Source of the DNA: Desulfobulbus propionicus DSM 2032
Lineage (GTDB): Bacteria > Desulfobacterota > Desulfobulbia > Desulfobulbales > Desulfobulbaceae
Length of the DNA stretch: 32,000 bases
NCBI RefSeq assembly: GCF_000186885.1
Contig: NC_014972.1
Span: forward strand, 480,001-512,000
Direction: 5' to 3'
Positions within the stretch are counted from its first letter, which is position 1. Every line of letters begins with the position of its first letter. Shown here piece by piece: positions 7,025 through 14,659 of the stretch. A program made the translations under genes and the position numbers. Below the pieces are notes generated by a model. It worked only from the letters and a program-made list of their open reading frames with translations, made no database searches and had not been told where the DNA came from.

Positions 7025-8662
7025 TCAACCTCGTACCGGAAGGCTGAGGGTGACAATCATGCCTCCCTGCGGTCTGTCCTTGGTCGAAATTTTTCCTCCC
7101 AATGTGTAGACAATGTTACTGTACATGGACAGATTGAGCCCCATTCCCTTGCTTGCGCCTCTGGACACAACAAATGGCTGCCACAATCTTTCCATTCTTT
7201 CTGAAGTTATCCCCGGGCCACTATCGGAAATTTGAACGCATACCTCTCCTGATTTGCAATAGGTGATGATGTCGATCTGACCATCACTCCCTACCGCATC
7301 CAGTGCGTTTTCGATCAGGTCCAGGATCAGTCGTTGTACTTGTGTGCCATCGGTCCTGATAGTGGGTAGTTGTTCGTCAAAGTGCAGATTAATGGCAATA
7401 TTCCTATCCTCCGCCTCTTTTTCATAAAAGGAAAGGAATTCTCGAAGTATCCAGTTGAGTTGAATGTCGTATTCTGAATCGATTTTTTGCGAGAAACGGG
7501 CAAGCCTATCAATGATTGTCCTTATGCAACGCGCGTGGATTTGGATTTTTTCCAAGGCATCCTGATTGTTCTGGTAGCGATTGGTGTACCGTGTTTCCTC
7601 CTGAAGGTGGAGCTTCACGACCCTATCCGCTTGTTTTTGTATCTGTTGGAGGGGGCCGCCGATATCTTTGGCAACGCTCGCTGCAATTCGAGCAATATTA
7701 GCTATTATCTCAACATGAACCAATTGACTGTATAGCAATTTTTGTTGCTGGTCCCGCTTTTCAATCCACCTGACGATGACTCGGCTTATGATCATCGAGA
7801 AAAGCATGGAACATGCCGATAATACCAAAACAACGTAGATCGCCAAGTTCCGATAGGTATAATATCCGTCGAGAGAAGTGCCGAAATGCGTTTTAAGAAA
7901 AAGTTTCCAGTTGCTATCGTTAAACCATTTGCTGGTATAGAGGAATTCCTTGTCTTGGACGACGTTTATTTGTTGGTAATTCTTGAGCATGCGGTGCTCA
8001 ATGGCATTGAGATGCCCCTGCTTCTTGAGACCCGCTGCCGGGTGCGCTCCGTTGACACTGAGAAGATACGCTTCGTTGTTCGGGGTTGTTTGGATGCGTC
8101 CGAGCATGGCTTCTAACAGGAGTGGGTTGATGGTCGCCCGTAATACACAGGTTTTGCGTCGGTCGCTCAATGCAATAATAAAATTTGAGGCACCACGCTG
8201 ATCAACAAAGACATCGCTGACAGCCACACCGCCCATCAACACCTGGTTAAACCATTGCGCCTCTTTATAGTCCCTGCGCGAGTCCTCCTCATGGCTCGAT
8301 CCCGCATGGGCCAGTAGGCTGCCATCGATGGCGAGCAGTTGCAGAGCAATAATATCACTATCGCGACCGTTATCGTTGACCATCTGAAGCAGGCTCGCGA
8401 AAGTTTCCACCTCTCGCAGGTGTTCGATCGGGTGGAGATTGATCAGGGTGGAGAGGAGGGTAACCTTGCCCCGCAGATAGGTGGATAGCTCTCTGGCACC
8501 ATGCGCAACTCGTTGTTGGGCGGTTGCCTCCACTTCTCTGACCGAAAGCGTCTTGACATAGCCAATGGAACCGCACGCAAAGAGGGTAAGGGGGACAACG
8601 CTGACGATGAAGATCCCAACCGCAAGCATCCGTTGTAGCCGGGCCGACTCAAGTTGTTTCAT
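7025..8662 (-). CDS. Membrane Cache-type sensor kinase-like protein; HATPase_c intact, H-box His replaced by Lys
   Basis: 545 aa. Two TM segments (res ~12-34 and ~273-297) flank a Cache-like periplasmic domain (RDYKEAQWFNQVLMGGVAVSDVFVDQRGASNFIIALS). The DHp-like helix reads IARIAASVAKDIGGPLQQI where canonical kinases have AHE. N box LILDLIENALDA, G1 DSGPGI and G2 GMGLNLS are present. Confidence 0.75.
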   Translation of the reverse strand: MKQLESARLQRMLAVGIFIVSVVPLTLFACGSIGYVKTLSVREVEATAQQRVAHGARELSTYLRGKVTLLSTLINLHPIEHLREVETFASLLQMVNDNGRDSDIIALQLLAIDGSLLAHAGSSHEEDSRRDYKEAQWFNQVLMGGVAVSDVFVDQRGASNFIIALSDRRKTCVLRATINPLLLEAMLGRIQTTPNNEAYLLSVNGAHPAAGLKKQGHLNAIEHRMLKNYQQINVVQDKEFLYTSKWFNDSNWKLFLKTHFGTSLDGYYTYRNLAIYVVLVLSACSMLFSMIISRVIVRWIEKRDQQQKLLYSQLVHVEIIANIARIAASVAKDIGGPLQQIQKQADRVVKLHLQEETRYTNRYQNNQDALEKIQIHARCIRTIIDRLARFSQKIDSEYDIQLNWILREFLSFYEKEAEDRNIAINLHFDEQLPTIRTDGTQVQRLILDLIENALDAVGSDGQIDIITYCKSGEVCVQISDSGPGITSERMERLWQPFVVSRGASKGMGLNLSMYSNIVYTLGGKISTKDRPQGGMIVTLSLPVRG

Positions 8663-8701
8663 GATGATAGGTCACGTTCGACTGGCGGTTGGTGATGGCT
8701 A

Positions 8702-9787
8702 TTAAAGTCCCCTAAACCCTGCTTCGTGTTGCGACAGAACCATTTCCCAGTTTCTGAAGTTTCGATAGACATCTTCTGAGATGGGGTAGTCCCAGGAACC
8801 GCTGTTGTGCACGATGCGGCCGCCAAAACCGGTTTTGAACCGATACATTCCATAAAACGAATGGCCGGGATCGTCGCTGGGTGAGATCGCTCCCATATCG
8901 TAGGAGTGACATTGCCGAGCTTGAGCATACAGGATCGCTTTCCAATGCATTGCGTACGGGGCCATGAACTCCCGTTTGTGGTTGGATGAGGCACCGTGAA
9001 GAAACAGAGCTCTTTTCTCCGACAAGGCAATGATTGCCCCAGCGAGGGCATCCCGCTGATGCGTCGCCAACAAGAGAATAATTTCCGGCATGGAGCTTTG
9101 TTTTCCTTTTTCCGAGAATAGAGCGGAAAAATATTGATAATCGCTGGGGTGAAAACCGTTGCGCTGTGCCGTTTGACAATACAACTGGTAAAATATCGGC
9201 AGTTTATCAACCGGGGCGAGCTGCACGCGTACCCCCTTTCGCTCCGCCAGCCTAATATTGTAACGTGTTTTCGGTTTCATGCGCGATAACAGATGGTCCT
9301 CTTCACCATCGAGATCGATGACACAGGTGTTGGCAACCGTCACATCAACCGGTGCTTTCCTGAGATTCCAGCGCGTTGTCCCAAAATTCATTCGCATCTC
9401 CCGAATCCGGGACTCAGGAAAATCCCGCCAGTTCTGCCACTGCATTTCGTTGGCGTACGGTGATTCCCATGGAAGATCGTAACGTATAAAAGTTATGTTC
9501 GCGTCCACCTGTTTTATCACTGATTCCGACAGCGCTTCCAGGTAAGAACCATATTCCTCCTTGGCAGGAACAAATTCCGGTCCTTGGGGCACATAGGCGG
9601 CGACTGCATCGGGTCCAAAGGATTTGACAATCACCAACATGTCTTTGTTGGACCGTGGAGCATCTATTTCAAAGGCATAGGTTTTCCATCCCAGTCGAGT
9701 CTTGACCTCGCTCCAATACCTGCTTTGGAATAAAATGTCAGTCGGGTACAGTTCTTGTGGTGACTTCGGTTCAAGGGTCAGATACAC
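8702..9787 (-). CDS. FemAB-family (aminoacyl-tRNA-dependent peptidyl/aminoacyl transferase, lipid II:glycine glycyltransferase-like) protein
   Basis: 361 aa. The GTG start is preceded by AAGGAG at 8-nt spacing. Family-typical motifs by eye: KTRYNIRLAERKGVRV, LFLHGASSNHKREFMAPYAMHWKAILYAQ, YDMGAISP, FYGMYRFKTGFGG. The stop lies 39 nt before the kinase-like gene start. Confidence 0.7.
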   Translation of the reverse strand: MYLTLEPKSPQELYPTDILFQSRYWSEVKTRLGWKTYAFEIDAPRSNKDMLVIVKSFGPDAVAAYVPQGPEFVPAKEEYGSYLEALSESVIKQVDANITFIRYDLPWESPYANEMQWQNWRDFPESRIREMRMNFGTTRWNLRKAPVDVTVANTCVIDLDGEEDHLLSRMKPKTRYNIRLAERKGVRVQLAPVDKLPIFYQLYCQTAQRNGFHPSDYQYFSALFSEKGKQSSMPEIILLLATHQRDALAGAIIALSEKRALFLHGASSNHKREFMAPYAMHWKAILYAQARQCHSYDMGAISPSDDPGHSFYGMYRFKTGFGGRIVHNSGSWDYPISEDVYRNFRNWEMVLSQHEAGFRGL

Positions 9788-10624
9788 AACATGTTCTCCT
9801 TAACGTGTTCCCAGTAACATTTGACGGGCCGTCAACTTGCTGACATGATAAAGAAATTGTCTCACTGTTGGATTGCTCGTCATTCGTTACAAAAAATGAA
9901 ATGACAGCGGTAGCCGTACTGCTATCCTGTACGAAATACCGAATGTTCAGCATAAAAAAGAGCGACTCGCTGCTTCTTCCCTTGTTGAATTGTGGGGGGG
10001 ATTCAACAAGGTTAAAGACAAGGAGCCGCTCATCCTGCCTAGTTTTTGCTGGCGAACCAGCAAACGCAACTAGAACTGGAATAGGTGGAAGTTATCGGTA
10101 CAATCAGAGGAAAGTTCCAGCGTAGTTGACGAAGGATTTCCTCTGGCAATGTGTTGTTTCCATATCAGGAAGTTATGTCCCCCTCGGGCCGGGATGCATC
10201 ATATTCTCTTTCAGCCTCTTTCTCGGGCAGTGAGTAGTCGTCCATTGAGGAGGCTTTGTTCTTCCGAAAGCTCATCGATAGATAGAGAGTACAAAGCAAC
10301 TACCATGCCGATACAATCATTCACAAAGGGCTGCCGCCTGGATGGAGAACCTGCGTGGGCGCTTTGCCCATTTCATGGCCAGCGTGGAGTTTAAGGGAGA
10401 CCACCTTCTGGCGAGCGGAGCACATGGCTTAGCGTTAGCCCGATAGGCGGTGGTTATTAACCGGGGAATTTCTGACCAGTGGGCTGTTTCTCCCCATCAG
10501 GCAATTCCTCTTTCCTTGAGAATGGTCGGAGGTGGCAGGTAGATCCCGCCTGAATCCGTGGCGCATCGATTGGATAATCCTGAGTTCGGGGAAAAAAGAA
10601 GAAAAACAATAATAGAAATGTTCA

Positions 10625-11755
10625 ATGCAAGATAAAGTATTGCTGGAAGAACGAGCGAAGTTGATCGAACGGAACAAGGAACTTTCTTGCCTGTATGAAA
10701 TTGCCAAGATCGTTGCTCATACGGAAACCACGGTTGCGCAGGTTTTGCAGGCGATAGTTGACGTGGTGCCTTCGGCATTCCAGTTCCCCAATCAAGTTTA
10801 TGCACGAATCGTCATCGATAACAGGGTATTCATGACTGAAGGATTTTCGGAATCCGATTATGTGATCCGTGACAACCTCCAGATGGCCCGCCCTTCACAC
10901 GGTGTCATAGAGGTTTTTTACCATAGACGGGACGGGGCCGAACTGGAGGGAGAGGATGGATTCTTCCCTGAGGAGCGCAAATTGTTGCAGGCTATAGCCC
11001 ACCAGGTTTCCCTGATGATCAATATCAAGCTGGCCAACGAACAACGATCTCAATTGGAGGATCAACTGCGACATGCTGATCGCCTTGCAAAGGTGGGACA
11101 GTTGACGGCAGGGGTGGCTCATGAGCTCAACGAACCGCTGGCCAGCATTTTGGGGTTCGCCCAGTTGGCGACGAAAAAAATCGACGCGCCGGTCCACGTG
11201 GCCCGCTACCTCGACAAGATCATTCAGTCCACGCTCCACGCCAGGGAAATCATTAAGAAAATGATGTTGTTCAGTAGTCCTGTGCCGAATCACAAGGCCA
11301 AAATAGATCTCAACGCAGTACTTGCCGAGGGGATGGCCTTCATCGAGCCCCGTTTCGCAAAGGTTGACATTCAGTTCAAGTCAACCTTTGATCCAGAACT
11401 GCCACCCATCCTGGCGGATGCATCGCAGATCACTCAAGTATTGATCAACCTCGTGATCAATGCCATCCACGCCATGGACAGCATGGGGACGCTCACCTTG
11501 CGTACAGCCCGTGCTGGCCGGTTGGTGCAGATGGTCGTGCAGGATAATGGCATCGGTATGGACCAACAGACGCTGGAACAAATCTTCCTGCCCTTTTTCA
11601 CCACGAAGGATTTAGATCATGGAACAGGTCTGGGGCTGTCGGTGGTTCACGGGATTGTCTCGGCTCACGATGGCACGATCGACGTGAAGAGCGAGATCGG
11701 GAACGGGACAACCTTTACGATCACTTTTCCAACGTATAAGGGCAAGGACCAGTAG
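10625..11755 (+). CDS. Cytoplasmic sensor histidine kinase (canonical HisKA + HATPase_c)
   Basis: 376 aa with no obvious TM segments. H box LTAGVAHELNEPLASILGF, N box QVLINLVINAIHAM, G1 DNGIGM, F/G2 LPFFTTK ... GTGLGLSVV. The N-terminal sensor region is of unknown type. Confidence 0.85.
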   Translation: MQDKVLLEERAKLIERNKELSCLYEIAKIVAHTETTVAQVLQAIVDVVPSAFQFPNQVYARIVIDNRVFMTEGFSESDYVIRDNLQMARPSHGVIEVFYHRRDGAELEGEDGFFPEERKLLQAIAHQVSLMINIKLANEQRSQLEDQLRHADRLAKVGQLTAGVAHELNEPLASILGFAQLATKKIDAPVHVARYLDKIIQSTLHAREIIKKMMLFSSPVPNHKAKIDLNAVLAEGMAFIEPRFAKVDIQFKSTFDPELPPILADASQITQVLINLVINAIHAMDSMGTLTLRTARAGRLVQMVVQDNGIGMDQQTLEQIFLPFFTTKDLDHGTGLGLSVVHGIVSAHDGTIDVKSEIGNGTTFTITFPTYKGKDQ

Positions 11756-11837
11756 CCCCTCTTCAATGCGGCAGAGCGAGTCCGGTTGTTGACAATCGCT
11801 TGCTGTGCATGAGAGGAACCACCCGGAGGGGAGTGAG

Positions 11838-13205
11838 ATGGAGAGAAAAAAACAAGCGCAACCAAGTCTATTCAGGATCCTCGTCGTCGACGATGCCGAA
11901 GATGCCCGTGAGGTGATTCACACCCATCTCGAGGATGCAGGCTATATGGTGCGGACCTGTGCCAGCGTGGCAGAAGCGTTGCTGGCCGTTGAGTCGTCCG
12001 TTTTTGACATAATCATCACGGACCTGCGCATGCCCAAGGCCAGCGGTCTAGAACTGATTCAACATGTTCGCAACACTCTGGAGGATATCGAGGTCATGAT
12101 GATCACGGGCTATCCATCCATTGAGGGCGCTATCGAAGCCATCAAAACTGGCGCCGAACACTATCTGCCCAAACCCTTCACGGAACGTGAGCTGTTGGAG
12201 GCTGTACGAGCGATTGTTGAAAAGCTGGTCCGCAAACGCCTGGCACATGGCCAATCGATTTCCGGTCAGACGTATGGAATTGTTGGTGAATCAGCTGCAA
12301 TGCAGCATGTGTTCAAACTCATCGATAAGGCTGGCGACAACACGGCAACCGTGCAAATTTCCGGGGAGAGTGGCACGGGTAAAGAGCTCGTGGCGCGCGC
12401 CATCCATTATGTCGGGAAACGTCGATCCTCTCCCTTTGTCTCCGTCAACTGCACGGCAATACCAGAGAACCTGATCGAGAGCGAACTCTTTGGTCATGTG
12501 AAAGGGGCCTTTACCGGAGCTGGAACTGCCCGCAGCGGATTTTTTGAAATAGCTGACGGGGGGACTCTCTTCCTGGATGAGATTGGCGACGCTAGTCTGG
12601 CCATGCAAGGGAAGTTATTACGAGCCATTCAGGAGAAGGCCATTTACAAGGTTGGCTCCAGCAGACCTCTGCACATCGACACCCGTCTGATCTGCGCCAC
12701 CAACAAGAATCTGAAGCAATTGATCGAAAAGGGGTTGTTCAGAGAAGATCTGTATTACCGGATCAACGTGATCGATATTTCTTTGCCTCCCTTAAGGGAA
12801 CGGGAGGATGACTTGTTGCTTTTAATGAATCATTTTCGGGCGAAATTTGCCAAGGACACTGGACGTCCGGCTCCTTTTTTCAGTGATGAAGCATTGCGAC
12901 AGCTGATGCTCTATCACTGGCCGGGAAATGTGCGTGAACTCGAAAATTTAGTGCAAAAACTGGTTCTTATATGCGAGGGGGACACAATTGAGCTGGTGGA
13001 TCTTCCGTCGACGTTGAAGCCCGCTGTCGGCGTGGGCAAGCGATTGGATCGCAGTCTCGCCGAATATGAAGCGGAATATATCCATGAGGTTTTGGGCAGT
13101 GTGCACGGTAATAAAACCAAGGCAGCTGCCATACTTAAAATTGACCGTAAAACGTTGCGAGAAAAAATAAGCAATCGGTATCAAAAAAATGAGATTAAGT
13201 CGTAA
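11838..13205 (+). CDS. NtrC-family sigma-54-dependent response regulator (REC-AAA+-Fis HTH)
   Basis: Preferred ATG at 11838 (GGAGGGGAGTGAG upstream). REC domain (ILVVDDAEDAREV ... DIIITDLRMPKASG), AAA+ domain ([23 protein letters not shown]), C-terminal HTH (NKTKAAAILKIDRKTLREKI). Directly downstream of the HK gene. Confidence 0.9.
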   Translation: MERKKQAQPSLFRILVVDDAEDAREVIHTHLEDAGYMVRTCASVAEALLAVESSVFDIIITDLRMPKASGLELIQHVRNTLEDIEVMMITGYPSIEGAIEAIKTGAEHYLPKPFTERELLEAVRAIVEKLVRKRLAHGQSISGQTYGIVGESAAMQHVFKLIDKAGDNTATVQISGESGTGKELVARAIHYVGKRRSSPFVSVNCTAIPENLIESELFGHVKGAFTGAGTARSGFFEIADGGTLFLDEIGDASLAMQGKLLRAIQEKAIYKVGSSRPLHIDTRLICATNKNLKQLIEKGLFREDLYYRINVIDISLPPLREREDDLLLLMNHFRAKFAKDTGRPAPFFSDEALRQLMLYHWPGNVRELENLVQKLVLICEGDTIELVDLPSTLKPAVGVGKRLDRSLAEYEAEYIHEVLGSVHGNKTKAAAILKIDRKTLREKISNRYQKNEIKS

Positions 13206-13224
13206 CGAAATAAATGAAGGCAAC

Positions 13225-13256
13225 AAAAAAGGGGTTAGAGAGTAATCTCTAACCCC
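13225..13256. terminator. Bidirectional hairpin terminator (NtrC-type gene on +, ancestral tRNA-Arg terminator on -)
   Basis: A6 followed by GGGGTTAGAG-AGTAAT-CTCTAACCCC (13231-13256). On the minus strand the stem is followed by T6. A near-identical hairpin follows the intact tRNA at 20071-20096. Confidence 0.6.
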
Positions 13257-13265
13257 TTGAATGTA

Positions 13266-13312
13266 TGGCGCGCCTGGAGAGATTCGAACTCCCGACCTAC
13301 GGATTCGTAGTC
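13266..13312 (-). repeat. Displaced 3' fragment of tRNA-Arg(ACG): att core direct repeat
   Basis: The 47 bp TGGCGCGCCTGGAGAGATTCGAACTCCCGACCTACGGATTCGTAGTC are identical base for base to 20106-20152 (tRNA anticodon loop through CCA). Sequence diverges on both sides. Confidence 0.9.
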
Positions 13313-13430
13313 TCTGGGCTGGCCTATTTACCAAGAATAACGAATGATAATTATATTGACTAATCAATATCATAAGCATAAGGTGGAGCATAACGAACGA
13401 TAACGAAAAACACCCAAATTTACCCCAGAA

Positions 13431-13449
13431 GGTAGCACCGAGGTAGCAC
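13431..13449 (+). repeat. GGTAGCACCGAGGTAGCAC 19-mer (putative integrase arm-type sites), int-proximal arm
   Basis: The identical 19-mer recurs at 20041-20059. Further GGTAGCAC copies lie at 13464-13471 and 13543-13550. ATAACGAA occurs three times at 13337-13344, 13390-13397 and 13400-13407. Confidence 0.6.
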
Positions 13450-13495
13450 GGAAACTGCCCATCGGTAGCACCTAATCAAGCCGGGAGGTCCAGAA

Positions 13496-14659
13496 ATGGC
13501 GCGGGAAGAGGTCAACTTCACCAAGGCGGCAATCGAACAGATGGTAGCACCGGAAGGGGGAAATCGCCGGTACATATACGACGCGAAAGAATCCGGCCTG
13601 CTGGTACAGATCACCGAGAGCGGGCGTAAAACCTTCCAACTCTACAAGAAACACATGGGCAAGCCTATTCGTGTGACCATTGGCACCTTCCCAGAATTGA
13701 CCGTGGAGCAGGCCAGGAAGAAGGCACGGGAAATCAAGGTATCGTTGACCAATGGCGAGAACCCGAACGACAAGCTAAAGCAGCAGCGGCAGGAAATGAC
13801 CTTTGCCGACCTGTTTGAGATATACCTTGAACGGCACGCTAAGCCCCGCAAGAAAACATGGCGGGAGGATGAAACCTATTTCAAGCGGCACCTTGCCAGC
13901 TTTGGGAAAAAGCGGCTGTCTACGATCACGAAAGGGGACATTGCCGCGATTCATTCCAGCATCGGCAAAGACAGACCTACCCACGCGAACCGGGTTCTTG
14001 CCCTTGTTTCAAGTATCATCGGCAGGGGGATTGAATACGGCCTTTATGAAAGCCTTAACCCCTGCCGGGGGATCAAGAAGTTTTCCGAGCAGGCGCGGGA
14101 CCGCTTCCTTTCTGGCGATGAACTGGCAAGGTTCTTTCAAGCACTGGAACAGGAGCCCAACAGCACAGCGCGGGACTTCTTCCTTGTCGCCCTGCTGACC
14201 GGTGCCCGGCGGGCAAACGTCCTTTCGATGCGATGGTCTGACCTTGACCTTAAGGGCCAAATATGGCGCATTGCTGAAACCAAGAACGGCACCCCGCAAA
14301 ACGTCCCCCTGGTCGGCCCGGTCCTTGAGATCCTGCAAGACCGCCGGAAAGCCACCTCTTCCTTTTTCGTCTTCCCCGGACCCGGCAAGACCGGCCACCT
14401 CGTTGAACCCAAGAAAGCATGGCAGCGGATATGCCAGGCCGCCGGGATCAAGGGCGCACGCATCCATGACCTACGGCGGACCATGGGAAGCTGGCAGGCC
14501 AAAACCGGCGCATCGTTGCCAATCATCGGCAAGAGCCTGAACCACAAGAGCGCATCCACCACGAGCATCTATGCACGGCTTGACCTTGACCCGGTACGTA
14601 CAGCCATGGAGACGGCGGCAGCGGCCATGCTTGATGCGGGTGGCAGCGGGAAGAAGTAA
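13496..14659 (+). CDS. int: Tyrosine recombinase/integrase, P4-type (DUF4102 arm-binding N-terminus)
   Basis: 387 aa with RBS GGGAGG at 7-nt spacing. N-terminal segment YIYDAKESGLLVQITESGRKTFQLYKK ... LTVEQARKKAREI. Catalytic region with ALLTGARRANVLSMRWSDLD, HDLRRTMGSW and SIYARLD (Arg/His/Tyr pattern). Confidence 0.9.
   Translation: MAREEVNFTKAAIEQMVAPEGGNRRYIYDAKESGLLVQITESGRKTFQLYKKHMGKPIRVTIGTFPELTVEQARKKAREIKVSLTNGENPNDKLKQQRQEMTFADLFEIYLERHAKPRKKTWREDETYFKRHLASFGKKRLSTITKGDIAAIHSSIGKDRPTHANRVLALVSSIIGRGIEYGLYESLNPCRGIKKFSEQARDRFLSGDELARFFQALEQEPNSTARDFFLVALLTGARRANVLSMRWSDLDLKGQIWRIAETKNGTPQNVPLVGPVLEILQDRRKATSSFFVFPGPGKTGHLVEPKKAWQRICQAAGIKGARIHDLRRTMGSWQAKTGASLPIIGKSLNHKSASTTSIYARLDLDPVRTAMETAAAAMLDAGGSGKK

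Noticed and set aside
9827-9843. Sigma-54-like GGGCCG-TCAAC-TTGCT in the long gap
   Set aside because: The -24 element is poor (GGCCG instead of GGCAC) and there is no gene for ~790 bp downstream. It is kept only as a remark under the gap finding.
10149-10394. 81-aa plus-strand ORF, and the 10435-10805 minus-strand ORFs
   Set aside because: They are Cys/Ser/Arg-rich with no RBS or motifs. The minus-strand ones overlap the start of the well-supported HK gene.
10559-10574. Sigma-54-like TGGCGC-ATCGA-TTGGA ~50 nt upstream of the HK gene
   Set aside because: The invariant -12 GC is GG here, so I do not call it a promoter.
12948-13391. 147-aa minus-strand ORF spanning the end of the NtrC-type gene, the terminator and the tRNA fragment; similarly the 74-aa ORF at 28608-28832
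   Set aside because: Both read through tRNA or tRNA-derived sequence (the tell-tale [12 protein letters not shown] / RRDSNPRPTA translations) and AT-rich intergenic DNA, so they are not coding.
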